64,000 nt of DNA from Pirellulales bacterium. GTDB lineage: Bacteria; Planctomycetota; Planctomycetia; Pirellulales; PALSA-1355. Shown here one piece after another: positions 1-10,703 of this stretch (position 1 is the first letter of the stretch; each line of letters opens with the position of its first letter). The translations under genes and the position numbers were made by a program. The stretch covers positions 704,001 to 768,000 of the forward strand of contig CAVTBU010000005.1 of the NCBI GenBank assembly GCA_963733035.1, in the 5' to 3' direction. Below the pieces are notes generated by a model. It saw only the letters and a list, made by a program, of their open reading frames with translations, did not search any database and was not told the DNA's origin.

Positions 1-581
1 GTGAACCGGTGCATGAACTCAAGGCCGAAAGTGTTGCGCTGCAGATCGATGTCAACACGAAAGGGGTGATCCTGGGCACGCAGGCCGCGGCCGCCGCCAT
101 GGTGCCGCGAAAACGGGGAAGAATCGTCAACGTCGCTTCCATGGCGGCCTTGGCGCCGATTCCCGGCATCGCCGTCTATTCGGCGAGCAAGTTCGCCGTG
201 CGCGGTTTCTCGTTGGCTGCCGCGCAGGAATTGGAAGCCTCCGGCGTCCACGTGAGCGTGGTCTGTCCCGACGCGGTTGATACGCCGATGGTCGATTACC
301 AGCTCGATCATGCCGGCGGAGCGATGACGTTCTCCGCGCCGCGAATCCTATCGGCGGACGAAGTGGCCAGCGCAATCGTTGATCTGCTAACGGGGAAGCC
401 GCGTCTCGAAGTCTTGCTGCCTCGCAGCCGGGGTTGGCTGGCAAAGTTGAGCTCGCTCTTGCCGCGATTCGTCCAGCGTCGGATTACGGCCAGCCTCACG
501 CGTAAGGGACTGGCGAGGCAGGCGCAACTGCGCGGTCAGCGCGATGCGAGCGGACGTGCGGCATCGATATCGATAAAATAG
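1..581 (+). CDS. SDR family NAD(P)-dependent oxidoreductase (5'-truncated by window edge)
   Basis: GRIVNVASMAA and catalytic YSASK (YxxxK) motifs, VCPDAVDTPM; the N-terminal Rossmann motif lies outside the window. Confidence 0.9.
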   Translation, partial: EPVHELKAESVALQIDVNTKGVILGTQAAAAAMVPRKRGRIVNVASMAALAPIPGIAVYSASKFAVRGFSLAAAQELEASGVHVSVVCPDAVDTPMVDYQLDHAGGAMTFSAPRILSADEVASAIVDLLTGKPRLEVLLPRSRGWLAKLSSLLPRFVQRRITASLTRKGLARQAQLRGQRDASGRAASISIK

Positions 582-817
582 TGCGACCGCGTTGGTTGTC
601 GTCGCAACTTCTGCCGACGTCGCCCACATAGCCAACGTTTGTCTCTCGGAGATTGCAAGTTGTCCGTCAGCTTGTTTTCGAGGGGCCAATTCTCTAAGAT
701 TGGGCCGCTGGCGTTCGACCATGATCCGCTCCGCTCGCTGAGACGCGTTTTGCGGATTATTTGATCGAACTGCTCGCACACTCCGTTCGCCGCAACGATG
801 CAACGAGCGAGGCCAGG

Positions 818-1873
818 ATGTCGGGAGTGGGGTTCGGAAGCTTGCTGATAATCGCGGCGGCGGATGCGTCGTTGCGCGATCTGTCCATCTTTGAGCCTGC
901 CTCCTATTCCGCCAAGTCGATTGTCACGCTTTCGCTGCTGGCCTTTGTCGTCGCGGCGCTGATCTTCCTGGTGGTTGAGGGGATCCTCTTTTACACGGTT
1001 TTCCGCTTCCGGCACCGGGGCCGGGCGGGCGGTTCGCATACGGCGCAGTCCCAGACCAGCGAGCCGCCGCAGGTCTACGGCAGCAACCCGATCGAAATCG
1101 CCTGGACGGTTGCGCCGACGATGATCGTCTTCTTTCTTGTGCTGGTGACGGCCCGCACATTGTGGGAAGTCAACGCCGCACCGCCAAGCACGGAAACTGA
1201 AGCGGGCATGCTGGAAGTGACCGTGATCGGCCGGCAGTGGTGGTGGGAGTACCAATACAAATCGTATGACGGCCGGGAGCTCAAGTTCATCACGGCCAAC
1301 GAATTGCACATTCCGGTCAGCGATGATGATCAGGTACGTCCGACCAAGCTGACGCTCGAATCGGCCGACGTCTGCCATAGTTTTTGGGTGCCGCGGCTGG
1401 ATGGCAAGATGGACGTCATTCCCGGCCTGCACAACACGCTCTGGCTGCAGACGAAGGAAACGGGGCTCTTCCTTGGCCAATGCGCCGAGTATTGCGGCAC
1501 GCAGCATGCACACATGTTGTTGCGGGTCGTCGTGGAAACGCCTGAGTCGTTTGAGAACTGGCTCGCCAACCAGGCGCAAACGGCCGTCGAAGATCCGGCG
1601 GTCGCCGAAGGAAGGCAGGTGTTTCTTTCTGAATCATGCGTCAACTGCCATCGCATTCGCGGCACGCCGGCCGCGGGCAACTATGCACCGGACCTGACGC
1701 ACTTGATGAGCCGCCAAACGATCGCCGCCGGCATCATCGCCCTTGACGCCCACACGCTGGAGCGTTGGGTTCACGATCCGCAGGATATCAAGCCTGGTTG
1801 CCTGATGCCGGCATTTGGCCTGGACCGGAAAAAGGAAGACCTGATTGTTCGCTACTTGCTAACCCTGCATTGA
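818..1873 (+). CDS. ctaC: Cytochrome c oxidase subunit II with C-terminal cytochrome c domain (caa3-type)
   Basis: Two TM helices, EIAWTVAP, GRQWWW, CuA ligands HSFW...CAEYCGTQHAHM, C-terminal CVNCH...MP. ATG 818 preferred over TTG 761. Confidence 0.96.
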   Translation: MSGVGFGSLLIIAAADASLRDLSIFEPASYSAKSIVTLSLLAFVVAALIFLVVEGILFYTVFRFRHRGRAGGSHTAQSQTSEPPQVYGSNPIEIAWTVAPTMIVFFLVLVTARTLWEVNAAPPSTETEAGMLEVTVIGRQWWWEYQYKSYDGRELKFITANELHIPVSDDDQVRPTKLTLESADVCHSFWVPRLDGKMDVIPGLHNTLWLQTKETGLFLGQCAEYCGTQHAHMLLRVVVETPESFENWLANQAQTAVEDPAVAEGRQVFLSESCVNCHRIRGTPAAGNYAPDLTHLMSRQTIAAGIIALDAHTLERWVHDPQDIKPGCLMPAFGLDRKKEDLIVRYLLTLH

Positions 1874-1894
1874 ACGAGAAGACGCGGAACCGAT

Positions 1895-3555
1895 ATGGCT
1901 GTTGTCGACCACAAAGTTGATCTGCAAAGTGCGGCCGAAGATGCACGGTTGGGGTTACCGTCGATCTTGCACGAGTGGACGACAACGGTTGATCACAAGA
2001 AGCTCGGCGTCATGTACGTGCTGATGGCGGTCGTGTTTCTGGTGATCGGCGGCATCGAGGCCCTGCTCATGCGTTTGCAGCTTTGGAACGCGAATGCCGA
2101 CCTGGTGGGCCCCGACTTGTTCAACCAACTGTTCACGATGCACGGCACGACGATGGTCTTCTTCGTCGGGATGCCAATTCTGATCGGCATGGGCAACTAC
2201 CTGGTACCGCTGATGATCGGCGCGCGCGACATGGCTTTTCCACGGCTGAATGCCCTGGGACTGTGGACGACGCTGTTCGGTGGCATTCTCGTATATTGCA
2301 GCTTCGCCACCGGGGGCGCGCCCGCGTTGGGGTGGTTCGCCTACGCGCCGCTCACCGAAACGACGTTTGCCCGCAGCGCGGCCACGGACTTTTGGGCGCT
2401 GGGCCTAATTACCACCGGCGTCGGCACGCTGGCCGCCGCGGTGAACTTCGTGGCCACGATCCTGGGCATGCGCGCCCCGGCATGACGCTTCGCAAGCTCC
2501 CGTTTTTCACCTGGACGATGCTGTGGACGAGCTTCCAGATTTTACTGGCCATTCCGCCGTTGACGGCCGGCCTGGTGATGGTGTTGTTCGATCGTGAATT
2601 GGGGGCCCACTTTTTCGACGTGCAAAACGGCGGCTCGGCGATTTTCTGGCAGCATTTGTTTTGGTTCTTCGGACATCCGGAAGTTTATATCCTGATTCTG
2701 CCGGTGTTCGGCATGGTCTCGGAGATTATTCCGGTCTTCTCGCGAAAAGTGCTGTTCGGTTATGAGTTCATGGCGGCGGCCACGATGGCGATTGCCTTTA
2801 TCAGCCTCGGCGTGTGGGCGCACCACATGTTCTGCGTCGGCATGAGCCGCACGGTCGATCTGTTTTTCGTCGTCGCCAGTCTTCTCGTATCCGTTCCCAC
2901 GGGCATCAAGTTCTTCAATTGGCTGGCCACGATGTTCGGCGGGCGGTTGTGGTTTGCCTCGCCGATGTTGTTTTCGTTTGGTTTTTTGTCGATGTTTCTG
3001 ATTGGCGGGTTGACCGGCATCATGCTGGCGCTGGCGCCGTTCGACTTCCAACTGTCCGACAGCTACTTCGTGGTGGGGCATTTTCACTGGGTGTTGATTG
3101 GCGGCACGCTGTTCGGCACGTTTGCCGGCATTCACTATTGGTATCCGAAGGTGACCGGCCGCATGCTTTCGGAACGGCTGGCGCGGTGGCAATTCTGGCT
3201 GCTCTATATCGGCTTCTTTCTGACGTTTGGCCCAATGCACGTTTCTGGCATGCTGGGCATGCCGCGGCGGATCTTCACGTATGAACCGGATCGGGCCTGG
3301 GAATTGTGGAACCAGATGGCCACGGTCGGAGCGTTCATTCAGGCCCCCAGCTACTTGATCTTTGTCTACAACCTGCTGGTGTCCTTAAAAAACGGCACGC
3401 CCGCTGGTGACGATCCCTGGGACGCATGGACGCTCGAATGGACGACCAGTTCACCGCCGCCGGGCTACAACTTTGAATCCATTCCCACCGTGCACAGCCG
3501 GCGTCCGCTGTGGGACCTAAAACACCCGGACGACCCCGACTGGCAATACGAATAG
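1895..3555 (+). CDS. ctaD: Cytochrome c oxidase subunit I, A1-type (frameshift at ~2475-2478, probably a sequencing error)
   Basis: DHKKLG, MHGTTM, DMAFPRLN in the first ORF; WFFGHPEVY, WAHHM, PTGIK, HFH, GMPRR in the second. Adding one C to CCCC restores MRAPGMT. Confidence 0.96.
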
Positions 3556-3565
3556 CGAAGCGACC

Positions 3566-4195
3566 GTGAATAACCACGCCGAGATTTATGACACGCAGGG
3601 CGGCCCGGTGACGAACTTGCCGGTTCCGCCGGATGTCGTGCCAGAACATAACTTGAGTGCGCCCGAATGGGGAATGCTCAGCTTCCTCCTGTCGGAAGTC
3701 GCATTCTTCACCACGCTTATTGTCGCCTACGTGATGTTCAAAGGCACCGACACGGTGGGGCCGACACCCGGCGAAGTGCTCTCGCTCCATTTGGTAATCG
3801 GCACGACGGCCTGTCTGCTGTCGAGCAGCGTCACGGTCCATTTCGCCACGCACGCGCTTACCGGTGGACATGCGACGCGATTCCGGCTGCTGTGGACCGC
3901 CACGATTGCGCTGGGCGTCGCGTTTTTGCTTGGCACGGGGTACGAATGGTACGGTCTGATTGTTAACGACCATTTGACAATCAGCCGCAACCTGTTTGGC
4001 ACGACGTTCTATACGCTCGTAGGCTTTCACGCCCTGCACGTCTCGGTGGGCGTGCTCATGATGTCCATCATTCTCGTACTCGCGCTCGTGCGTCAGATTG
4101 GCCCGCAGCACACATTGGCGCCCCATCTAGTTTCCTGGTATTGGCATTTTGTCGACGCCGTCTGGATCGTTGTCTTCAGCGTGGTGTACTTGTAA
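3566..4195 (+). CDS. ctaE: Heme-copper oxidase subunit III (short form)
   Basis: FLLSEVAFF, TxxLLSSS, GFHALHV, WYWHFVDAVW motifs. Confidence 0.95.
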   Translation: MNNHAEIYDTQGGPVTNLPVPPDVVPEHNLSAPEWGMLSFLLSEVAFFTTLIVAYVMFKGTDTVGPTPGEVLSLHLVIGTTACLLSSSVTVHFATHALTGGHATRFRLLWTATIALGVAFLLGTGYEWYGLIVNDHLTISRNLFGTTFYTLVGFHALHVSVGVLMMSIILVLALVRQIGPQHTLAPHLVSWYWHFVDAVWIVVFSVVYL

Positions 4196-4211
4196 ACGTC
4201 GCAATTAACGC

Positions 4212-5484
4212 ATGGCCGACTCTCCCCCCACCACCGAAGTTCATGAAGCCGGCGTCGAGATGCCGCAATCAACGGCCGCGCCACTCGTGCTTGCACTCGG
4301 CATTTCGCTGTTGGCGGTCGGTTGGGCCACGAATGTTACGTTCGTGATCGTGGGGGCAGTGCTGTTCGTCGCCGGACTAGGCTCTTGGATTTCCCACCTG
4401 CTGCCCGGTCGGGGGCACGCAATCGAACCGCTGGCCGAACCCGCGCGGCGTGCCCACGCTGCTGAACCAAAAGTTGGCACGGTGGACCGACTGCGCCGCG
4501 GCATGCCAGGGCACCGACTGCGATTGCCAGAAAAAATGCATCCCATTTCGGCGGGCGTGAAGGGGGGCATCGTCGGTGGGATCGTGATGCCGTTGCCGGC
4601 CATGATCTACGGCGTCATGAGCGGGCACGGCATCTGGCTGCCAATCAACCTGCTGGCGGGCATGGTTCTGCCGGGAGTCGAGCGGCTGAGCCTGGAACAA
4701 TTGGACCGCTTTGACCCGACACTATTGACCGTGGGTGCCGTGATTCACGCGACCATATCCGTGACGTTTGGGTTGTTGTATGGCGTTTTGTTACCGACAT
4801 TGCCAACCATCTCGCGGCCGCTGGCTTGGGGCGCTATTGATGCCACTGTTGTGGACGGCCGCCAGCTTCTTGGCCACCACCATGGTCGATCCGACCGTTC
4901 GCGGCCTGATCGACTGGCCCTACTTCGTATTGTCGCAGTTTGTTTTTGGCGTTGTGGCTGCTTTGGTAGTCATGCTGTTCGATCCACAGCGACACGTTCT
5001 AGGAGGCCTCGTCGGTGGCATCGTGGGAGGCGTGTTGATGGTGGTACCCGCCATGCTGTGGGGCTATCTATCAGGTCACGGCATCTGGTATCCGGTGAAC
5101 TTACTGGTCGTCATGGCGTTGCCCCAGGGAGATGCGCTGTCGGTCGACGATATCGAACAGTATCATGCCAACTGGTTCGCCACGGCGACGGTCCTGCACG
5201 CCACGCTGTCGATCGGTTTCGGCCTGCTGTATGGCCTATTGCTGCGGCGATTGCCGCGCATTCCAGGGCCCTTCGCCTGGGGCGCGATGATGATGCCGCT
5301 GCTCTGGACCGCGACGAGCTACGCCATGATGGGCGTTGTCAATCCGGTGCTACAAGAGCGGGTCGATTGGCCGTGGTTCGTCGTGTCGCAGTTTGTCTAT
5401 GGTCTGGCGGTGGCGATTGTCGTCGTGCGATCCGAGCAGGTGTTCATCGCGCCTGCCGGCCAAGCAGCGAAAGGCGAACGATGA
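4212..5484 (+). CDS. Polytopic membrane protein with two internal repeats (frameshift at ~4831-4834)
   Basis: The N-part (frame of 4212) and C-part (frame of 4768) join to give two copies of GGIVGG..P(A)M..G..SGHGIW.P.NLL...HAT.S..FGLLYG.LL...AWGA..MPLLWTA...DWP.FV.SQFV.G. Stop overlaps the next ATG. Confidence 0.8.
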
Positions 5485-6248
5485 GACGTGCCGAGCAAGC
5501 AACCAAGACTTGGCTATGGGCAATGCTGATCGCCTGCGCCGCCGGCTGCCACGACGAGCTACCAGGAAAGCCCAATCCGGCAAATCGCCCCAAGACGCCG
5601 GCGCAGATCACAGATTTCTCATTCCTGTATCGCCAGAATTGCAGCGGCTGCCATGGCGCCGACGGAAAACTGGGGCCAGCGCCGCCGCTGAACGACCCGC
5701 TCTTTCTGGCGATCGTGCCAGACGACGTGCTGGTCGACGTGATCACGCATGGCCGCTCGGGCACGCCAATGCCGGCCTTCGCCCGCCGACTCGAAGGCGC
5801 ACTCACCGACGAACAAATCAAGATCATTGCCGACGGACTTAAGAAAGATTGGGCATCAGACAAGATACTTACCGTCAATCTTCCGCCCTACGAGCTTTCC
5901 CAGGTGGAATCGGCCGCTACGGAAGCATCGATCGAACGGGGCGAGAAGATTTTTTCCCAGGTTTGCGCGTCATGTCACGGCAAACAAGGCGCTGGTTCCG
6001 ACCACGGCGAATCCCCCGGCCGCATTAACGACTCAGCGCTGCTGACGCTGTTCAGCGACCAGGTGTTGCGGCGGATCATCATCACAGGTCGACCTGATCT
6101 GGGAATGCCTGATTTCTCCAGCGACGAGGGGCGCGACGGCGACTTCAAGCCGCTGACATCCGAACAAATCGATGACCTGGTGGCGTTACTTGCCCACTGG
6201 CGGTCCGGCTCGCCCAAAGTTGCCGCGGCCGACGCTCAACGTGAATAG
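5481..6248 (+). CDS. Diheme cytochrome c, probable lipoprotein
   Basis: ATG in an ATGA overlap; lipobox-like IACAAGC; CSGCH...MPAF and CASCH...MPDF heme motifs. Confidence 0.9.
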   Translation: MRRAEQATKTWLWAMLIACAAGCHDELPGKPNPANRPKTPAQITDFSFLYRQNCSGCHGADGKLGPAPPLNDPLFLAIVPDDVLVDVITHGRSGTPMPAFARRLEGALTDEQIKIIADGLKKDWASDKILTVNLPPYELSQVESAATEASIERGEKIFSQVCASCHGKQGAGSDHGESPGRINDSALLTLFSDQVLRRIIITGRPDLGMPDFSSDEGRDGDFKPLTSEQIDDLVALLAHWRSGSPKVAAADAQRE

Positions 6249-6267
6249 CTAGTTTCGAGACGAAATC

Positions 6268-6822
6268 ATGGACACGAAATTGCACCAAGGGGATTCGCCA
6301 ACGGACGTCACCGCGCCTCAGCGCCGAAGTTTTCTGGGAATGCTGGCGACAGGCCTCGGCGTCATCGCCGCAGCGTTGGTCGCGGTGCCGTTTGTCGGGT
6401 CGGTGCTTGGCAACCGCAAGCGAAAAGTCTATTGGGTCGATCTCGGACCAACGTCCGACTTTGACCTGCATCAAACACGACTCGTTACGTTTGACAACCC
6501 GCTGCGTCAGCCATGGGACGGCGTAACCTCGCAAACCGGCGTGTACGTCCGCTACCAGGGAGCCGAAGTAAAAGACACCGAGCAGTTCCTGGTCCTCAGT
6601 GTCAATTGCGCCCACCTGGGTTGTCCGGTATCCTGGTTTCCGCAATCGGAATTGTTCCTCTGCCCCTGCCATGGCGGCGTCTATTACTCCAACGGCGCGC
6701 ACGCTTCTGGCCCGCCGCCGCGAGGGCTCTACCACTGCGTGTGGCGGGTGCGCGACGGCAAACTTCAGGTTCAAGCACCGCACTACCCCACGCTGCACGA
6801 CACGTTGCAGCAACCGGCCTAA
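6268..6822 (+). CDS. qcrA: Rieske 2Fe-2S subunit of a quinol:cytochrome c reductase
   Basis: Tat-like RRSFL plus TM helix; CAHLGC and CPCHGG boxes; GPPPRGL. Confidence 0.95.
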   Translation: MDTKLHQGDSPTDVTAPQRRSFLGMLATGLGVIAAALVAVPFVGSVLGNRKRKVYWVDLGPTSDFDLHQTRLVTFDNPLRQPWDGVTSQTGVYVRYQGAEVKDTEQFLVLSVNCAHLGCPVSWFPQSELFLCPCHGGVYYSNGAHASGPPPRGLYHCVWRVRDGKLQVQAPHYPTLHDTLQQPA

Positions 6823-6842
6823 GAGTTCCAAGGAACGGCAGC

Positions 6843-8363
6843 ATGTGGCACCTTTTAAAACGCATTGGAACCTGGTTTGATCGGCGACTGGCCGTCAGCG
6901 AGGTGATACTGCCGACGATGCGACACCCGGTGCCCCGCGCCGTCGACAGCGCGATGGGTTGGTGGTATGTGTTCGGTAGCGCCTCGCTGACGTTTCTGTT
7001 GATCCAGATCCTCACGGGCATCGGACTGGCCATGACCTACGTGCCAGCCGCGAATGAAGCCTATGACAGCCTGTTGTATTTGGACTACGAACAACCGTGG
7101 GGATGGTTTCTACGAGCACTGCACTACTACGCCGGTTCCGGCATGGTCGTAATGGTACTGGTGCATATGACGCAAGTGTTTCTGCAAGGTGCCTACAAAT
7201 ATCCCCGCGAACTGACTTGGATCGTAGGCGTCTTTCTGCTGGTCTGCGTAATGGGCATGTTCTTCAGCGGGCAAATCCTCCGTTGGGATCCCGATGCCTA
7301 CTGGGGGCTGGCCGTGGCTGGGTCGATGGCAGGTCGCGTACCGCTGGTCGGGCCGCAGGTCGTGCACGCCCTGCTCGGCGGCGATATCATCGGCGCTTCG
7401 TCGTTGAGCCGGTTCTTCACCTTGCACGTATTCGTCATTCCCGGCGCGCTGCTCGGATTGTTGGCAGTGCACTTGTGGCTGGTGCTCAAGTGCGGTATCA
7501 GCGCTCCGCCGGTTCGCGGCGTGACGGTCGACCCGAGTACTTACGACAAGCAGTACGATCAGGAGTTGAAAGCGGGCGTTCCGTTTTTGGGCGATGCCCT
7601 GTGGAAGGATATTTTCTTCTCGGCGTTGGCCACGATTATCGTCGTGGTAATTGCGGCCGTGGTGGGGCCCAAGGGACCAAGCGAGCCTCCCGACCCAACG
7701 CTAGGCGGGGCGAACCCGCGACCCGAATGGCCGTTTCTGTGGCTGTTTGCCATGCTGGCTCTCAGCCCTCGCGACGTTGAAACGTTCATCATGTTGGTGT
7801 TTCCGGTCGTAGTGATTGGCATCCTGTTGCTGGTGCCGTTCGTCAGCAATCGAGGCGAACGAGCACCGAGTCGACGGCCCGTGGCGGTGTTGGTGGTCAT
7901 CGTGACCTACACGACGATTGGCGTGTTGACATATCTGGGAGCGACCGCCCCTTGGTCGCCGAAGATGGACGCCTGGACTGGCGATCCGGTGCCCATTGCC
8001 ATGGTGAAGCAGAGCAACGTTTCGGAATTGGTCGGCGGCGCCGTTTTTCAATACAAGAATTGTCGCAACTGTCACGCGTTGGACGGCATTGGCGGACGCC
8101 GTGGCCCCGACTTGACGACGGTTGGCGCGCGTTTGACTCGCGATCAATTGATCGATCAGATCAGCAACGGCACGCCCGGTGGTGGTCTGATGCCGGCGTT
8201 TGGAAAGCAGATCACGCCGGCACAAATGACAATCCTGGTTGATTTTCTGGTCGGTCTCCGTCCCGAGGGACAGCCCCCCGCTGGCTGGTCGACCCCGGGT
8301 CCATCTCTTGGAATGGAACCGGAGTCGGCCGAGAAGGACGAACCTTCGCCCAATGCGTCATGA
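6843..8363 (+). CDS. qcrB: Cytochrome b (b6 + subunit IV regions) fused to a C-terminal cytochrome c
   Basis: QILTG..LAMTYVP, RALHYY...VHM, YPRELTW, RFFTLH...VH, PEWP loop, C-terminal CRNCH...MPAF. Confidence 0.95.
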   Translation: MWHLLKRIGTWFDRRLAVSEVILPTMRHPVPRAVDSAMGWWYVFGSASLTFLLIQILTGIGLAMTYVPAANEAYDSLLYLDYEQPWGWFLRALHYYAGSGMVVMVLVHMTQVFLQGAYKYPRELTWIVGVFLLVCVMGMFFSGQILRWDPDAYWGLAVAGSMAGRVPLVGPQVVHALLGGDIIGASSLSRFFTLHVFVIPGALLGLLAVHLWLVLKCGISAPPVRGVTVDPSTYDKQYDQELKAGVPFLGDALWKDIFFSALATIIVVVIAAVVGPKGPSEPPDPTLGGANPRPEWPFLWLFAMLALSPRDVETFIMLVFPVVVIGILLLVPFVSNRGERAPSRRPVAVLVVIVTYTTIGVLTYLGATAPWSPKMDAWTGDPVPIAMVKQSNVSELVGGAVFQYKNCRNCHALDGIGGRRGPDLTTVGARLTRDQLIDQISNGTPGGGLMPAFGKQITPAQMTILVDFLVGLRPEGQPPAGWSTPGPSLGMEPESAEKDEPSPNAS

Positions 8364-10696
8364 ACTCCGCACTCGACGCCTTTTTGCGTTCGTGGCCCTC
8401 CGAGCCTGGCTTGGTTGCGATGCTCGCGGCATCGGGCGCGGTGTATTTTCGCGGCTGGCGAAAACTGCGTCGCCATGACGCGGATCGTTGGAATTTCGGC
8501 CGGCTGGCGACCTTCTGGGGCGGCCTGCTGACGATCTTCGCGGCGCTTGCTTCGCCGATCGAGCCGTTTGCCAATCTGCTGTTGCAAGTGCACATGCTCC
8601 AGCACATGCTGCTGCTCGTCGCGGCACCGCCGCTCATTTGGCTTGGCGCGCCTCTGCTGCCGATGCTGCGGGGGCTGCCCAAGCGGTTGCGGGTTTCGTT
8701 CGTCGTACCGATCTTACGATCGCCGGTGGTGCGCGATGCCTTTACATTCTTAGTGCATCCGCTCGTGGCCTGGCCGTTGCTGGTCGGTGTTGTCTGGCTC
8801 TGGCACTCTCCGCGCGGCTATGAGCTTGCGCTCGACGACCCGGCGTGGCATGTTATCGAACATCTCAGCTTTACGGTCGCCGCCCTGCTGTTTTGGTTTC
8901 CCGTGGTGTTGCCATATCCCAGCCGGCCGCGCTGGTCGCGCTGGATTGTCTTGCCGTATTTGATCCTGGCGGACGTGCAGAACACGATTCTGGCTGCCTG
9001 GCTTACGTTTGCCGCGGTACCAATTTATCCCCACTACAGCGAAGTTCCGCGGGTGGGCGGTTGGTCTCCGCTGGCAGACCAACACGTCGCCGGCGTGTTG
9101 ATGTGGGTTCCCGGATCACTTGCGTTCCTACTACCCGTGTGCGTAATCGGTGTGCGAATGCTTTATGGCCCGTCGCAAACACGAACCGTGATGCGACGCA
9201 AAGGCGTACCGTCTTTGGGCGCGCTACCGGTCCTGACGGAACACGACCTTCGCGCCAAGCCACGCGTTTCGCACGCGCCGGCGTGGGACCTTCTCAGGGT
9301 GCCGCTAGTCGGCCGCTTCCTACGTCGCCGGTGGGCTCGTCCGGGATTGCAACTTATCATGCTGGGCTTGGCGGTGCTTGTGATCCTAGACGGACTATTG
9401 GGGCCTCGCGTCGGCCCGGCAAATCTGGCGGGCGTCGCTCCCTGGATTCACTGGCGCGGACTCGTGATGTTGGGGCTGCTTGTGGGCGGAAACTTGTTCT
9501 GTATGGCCTGCCCCTTTACCTTGCCACGCAAGCTGGCCCAACGCTGGCTACCCGAGGGCAGAAGTTGGCCGAGAGCCCTAAGAAGCAAATGGCTTGCGAT
9601 CGTGCTGGTTGCATTGTTCCTTTGGAGTTATGAAGCGTTCTCCTTGTGGAACAGTCCTTGGCTGACCGCCTGGATCGCGGTGGCCTACTTTGTCGCGGCG
9701 TTTGCAGTCGACGGACTGTTTCGAGGCGCGGCTTTCTGCAAATATGTCTGTCCGATCGGCCAGTTCAACTTCGTGCAGTCGCTTGTCTCTCCGCTGGAGG
9801 TCGGCGTGCGTCAGCCAGCCATCTGCGCTGGCTGCAGCAGCAAAGAGTGCATTCGCGGTAGTGCGGCTGCGGCTGGCTGCGGCATGCAGCTGTTTCAACC
9901 GCGCAAAAACGGCAACTTTGATTGCACTTTTTGTTTCGATTGCGTGCAGGCCTGCCCACACGAAAATGTTGGCGTGTTCGCGACATTTTCCGCCGGTCGA
10001 CTCGCCGATACGCGATTGTTCCGCTCGGGAATTGGTCGGTTAGGCCAGCGCGGCGACGTGGCGGCGCTCGTATTGCTGTTAGTGTTCGGCGCGTTTGCCA
10101 ATGCCGGAGGCATGATTGGCCCCGTCGTGGCTTGGCAGGACGACTTGCGATTGCGGTTCGGCAATCCGCCACACATTGCGGCCGTGAGCGTGTATTATTT
10201 TATAGCCATTGTCGTTGCACCGCTGATGGTCGTCTCGCTGGCCGCGATGGCTAGTGGTTTGTGGAACGGCACGGCACGGTCGCTGTTCCGCATTGCCACG
10301 CGCTACGCCTATGCGTTGATCCCTTTGGGGTTCGGCATGTGGCTGGCACATCATGGATTTCATCTCTTTACGAGTTACGGCACGATCGTGCCCGTGGCTC
10401 AACGGATGACGATCGATTTCGGCTTCTCGAATTTGACCGAGCCGCAATGGCAACATGCCTGCTGCCTGGGCGTAGCCGATTGGATCATCAAATTCGAGCT
10501 GCTGGCGCTCGATGTGGGGCTGATTGGTTCTCTGATGGTCGCTTATCGCGTCGCAGTGGATGACGTCGGCCAGGGAAGACGGGCATTGGCAGCCATGCTG
10601 CCCTGGGCTCTGGTCATCTGCACCTTGTTTGCCATCGGTGTGTGGATTGTGCTGGAGCCGATGCAGATGCGCGGCACATTGCCGATGGGTGGATGA
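8360..10696 (+). CDS. CtaG-type caa3 assembly domain fused to a membrane polyferredoxin (NapH/MauN/FesM-like) domain
   Basis: N-half: HMLQHMLL, WH.P, EH, DQ..AG..MWVPG. C-half: FCMACP, FCKYVCP, CAGC...C, CTFCFDCVQACP. Confidence 0.88.
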   Translation: MNSALDAFLRSWPSEPGLVAMLAASGAVYFRGWRKLRRHDADRWNFGRLATFWGGLLTIFAALASPIEPFANLLLQVHMLQHMLLLVAAPPLIWLGAPLLPMLRGLPKRLRVSFVVPILRSPVVRDAFTFLVHPLVAWPLLVGVVWLWHSPRGYELALDDPAWHVIEHLSFTVAALLFWFPVVLPYPSRPRWSRWIVLPYLILADVQNTILAAWLTFAAVPIYPHYSEVPRVGGWSPLADQHVAGVLMWVPGSLAFLLPVCVIGVRMLYGPSQTRTVMRRKGVPSLGALPVLTEHDLRAKPRVSHAPAWDLLRVPLVGRFLRRRWARPGLQLIMLGLAVLVILDGLLGPRVGPANLAGVAPWIHWRGLVMLGLLVGGNLFCMACPFTLPRKLAQRWLPEGRSWPRALRSKWLAIVLVALFLWSYEAFSLWNSPWLTAWIAVAYFVAAFAVDGLFRGAAFCKYVCPIGQFNFVQSLVSPLEVGVRQPAICAGCSSKECIRGSAAAAGCGMQLFQPRKNGNFDCTFCFDCVQACPHENVGVFATFSAGRLADTRLFRSGIGRLGQRGDVAALVLLLVFGAFANAGGMIGPVVAWQDDLRLRFGNPPHIAAVSVYYFIAIVVAPLMVVSLAAMASGLWNGTARSLFRIATRYAYALIPLGFGMWLAHHGFHLFTSYGTIVPVAQRMTIDFGFSNLTEPQWQHACCLGVADWIIKFELLALDVGLIGSLMVAYRVAVDDVGQGRRALAAMLPWALVICTLFAIGVWIVLEPMQMRGTLPMGG

Positions 10697-10703
10697 CCTT
10701 GTT

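Noticed and set aside
4212..6248. 678-aa ORF suggesting a membrane protein-diheme cytochrome c fusion
   Set aside because: The middle third is off-frame Arg-rich nonsense. A frameshift at ~4832 and a separate ATG with lipoprotein signal at 5481 explain it.
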